From Trueperaceae bacterium (lineage in GTDB: Bacteria; Deinococcota; Deinococci; Deinococcales; Trueperaceae), in assembly GCA_034520945.1 (NCBI GenBank), contig JAXHNB010000006.1, forward strand, positions 832,001 to 896,000: a stretch of DNA of 64,000 nt, in the 5' to 3' direction. Position 1 is the first letter of the stretch. Every line of letters begins with the position of its first letter. Position numbers and translations under genes: made by a program. Shown in pieces: positions 63,320-64,000 of the stretch. The notes beneath the pieces are model-generated. The model was not told where the DNA came from. It saw only the letters and a list, made by a program, of their open reading frames with translations, and made no database searches.

Positions 63320-63556
63320 CTAGAGCCCCGAGAGCTCGTAGTTCTTCTGGATGAACGACTCCCACTCGGGGGGGACGTCCTCCTCGGTGTAGATCGCGCT
63401 CACCGGGCAGGCGGGGATGCACGCCCCGCAGTCGATGCACTCCTCGGGGTGAATGTAGAACTGGTCTTCGGCTTCGTAAATGCACTCGACCGGGCACACG
63501 TCGACGCACGACGCGTCCTTTGTGCCGATGCACGGTTCGGTGATGATGTGGGGCAT
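63320..63556 (-). CDS. fdx: 7Fe ([3Fe-4S][4Fe-4S]) ferredoxin, Thermus/Azotobacter type
   Basis: C-X7-C-X3-CP and CIDCGACIPACP; GGAG SD. Confidence 0.95.
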   Translation of the reverse strand: MPHIITEPCIGTKDASCVDVCPVECIYEAEDQFYIHPEECIDCGACIPACPVSAIYTEEDVPPEWESFIQKNYELSGL

Positions 63557-63702
63557 TCAGGAGACCTCCGCAGGCGATCGACCGCCCTAGAGGTTTCATC
63601 ATCTCCCAGCCCTGCGAGACCGTCAAGCGGGCGGCGAACGCGCCCGGCGAGTGTGCGAAGCGTCCCGCGATCCGCAGCGTCGGGACCGTATACTTGGTGG
63701 AC

Positions 63703-64000
63703 GTGACGGATGACGGCACTCGGATCGCACTCGAGCTGCTCGAGTACAAGATGGACGACCTTCGGCGGCAGCGCCCCGTGCGGGGCGGCGTGGCGTCGGT
63801 GTGGGAACTTCACGCGCGCCTGAGCAGGCGGGTCGACGGCATGGATCCGGACGACAAGCAGCGCTTCCGGTCGTTGAGCCGGGAGTTGGAGGGGCGTCGC
63901 GGGGGGTCTGCACCGCCGGCCATGACGGGAAGCGAACGGTCCTTGGCGTTCGACGATCTGGTGCTCGACGAGAACCCGGTGCGAGGGGTCGGCGGGACGG
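63703..64000 (+). CDS. Hypothetical protein, 3' end cut by the window edge
   Basis: TATACT 8 nt before the GTG; open frame MTDDGTRIALELLEYKMDDL... to the edge, with GC3-rich codons. Confidence 0.6.
   Translation, partial: MTDDGTRIALELLEYKMDDLRRQRPVRGGVASVWELHARLSRRVDGMDPDDKQRFRSLSRELEGRRGGSAPPAMTGSERSLAFDDLVLDENPVRGVGGT

Overview
A very GC-rich (roughly 70% by eye) core-chromosome window. It is most likely from a Deinococcota bacterium (Truepera-like is my inference), based on the LysW/AAA lysine genes, BshC, a Thermus-type 7Fe ferredoxin, a Thermus c552-like cytochrome domain and many TANNNT -10 boxes sitting 5-8 nt before start codons. It carries about 55 CDS and two tRNAs (Ala-TGC, Leu-CAG). 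I saw no IS, integrase, prophage or CRISPR array. Main blocks: amidohydrolase/SDR/proA/gyrB; a complete Alternative Complex III operon (actABCDEF plus an ActG-like/cytochrome c552 fusion); clpC-radA-PIN/TRAM; glyQS; bdhA/aminopeptidase/rluB-hpt-M23/trpS; folC; dnaX-ybaB-recR-topA-recO-plsY; a peptide-type ABC transporter lacking its ATPase; a three-gene G3PDH-like flavoprotein complex; bshC, guaB, mutY; lysWXYZJK; ferredoxin. Best leads: (1) TopA ends in a Lys-rich linker plus a sigma70 region-4-like HTH domain; (2) dnaX has an A7 slippery site followed by a 13-bp hairpin, and the -1 frame gives the LONG product; (3) lysJ and lysK are in one frame separated only by a TAG, and lysK has no canonical start at the expected place; (4) an ActG-like anchor is fused to a c552 domain; (5) short leaderless uORFs overlap the starts of clpC, radA and hpt. 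All family assignments come from motif recognition by eye; no database search was run.
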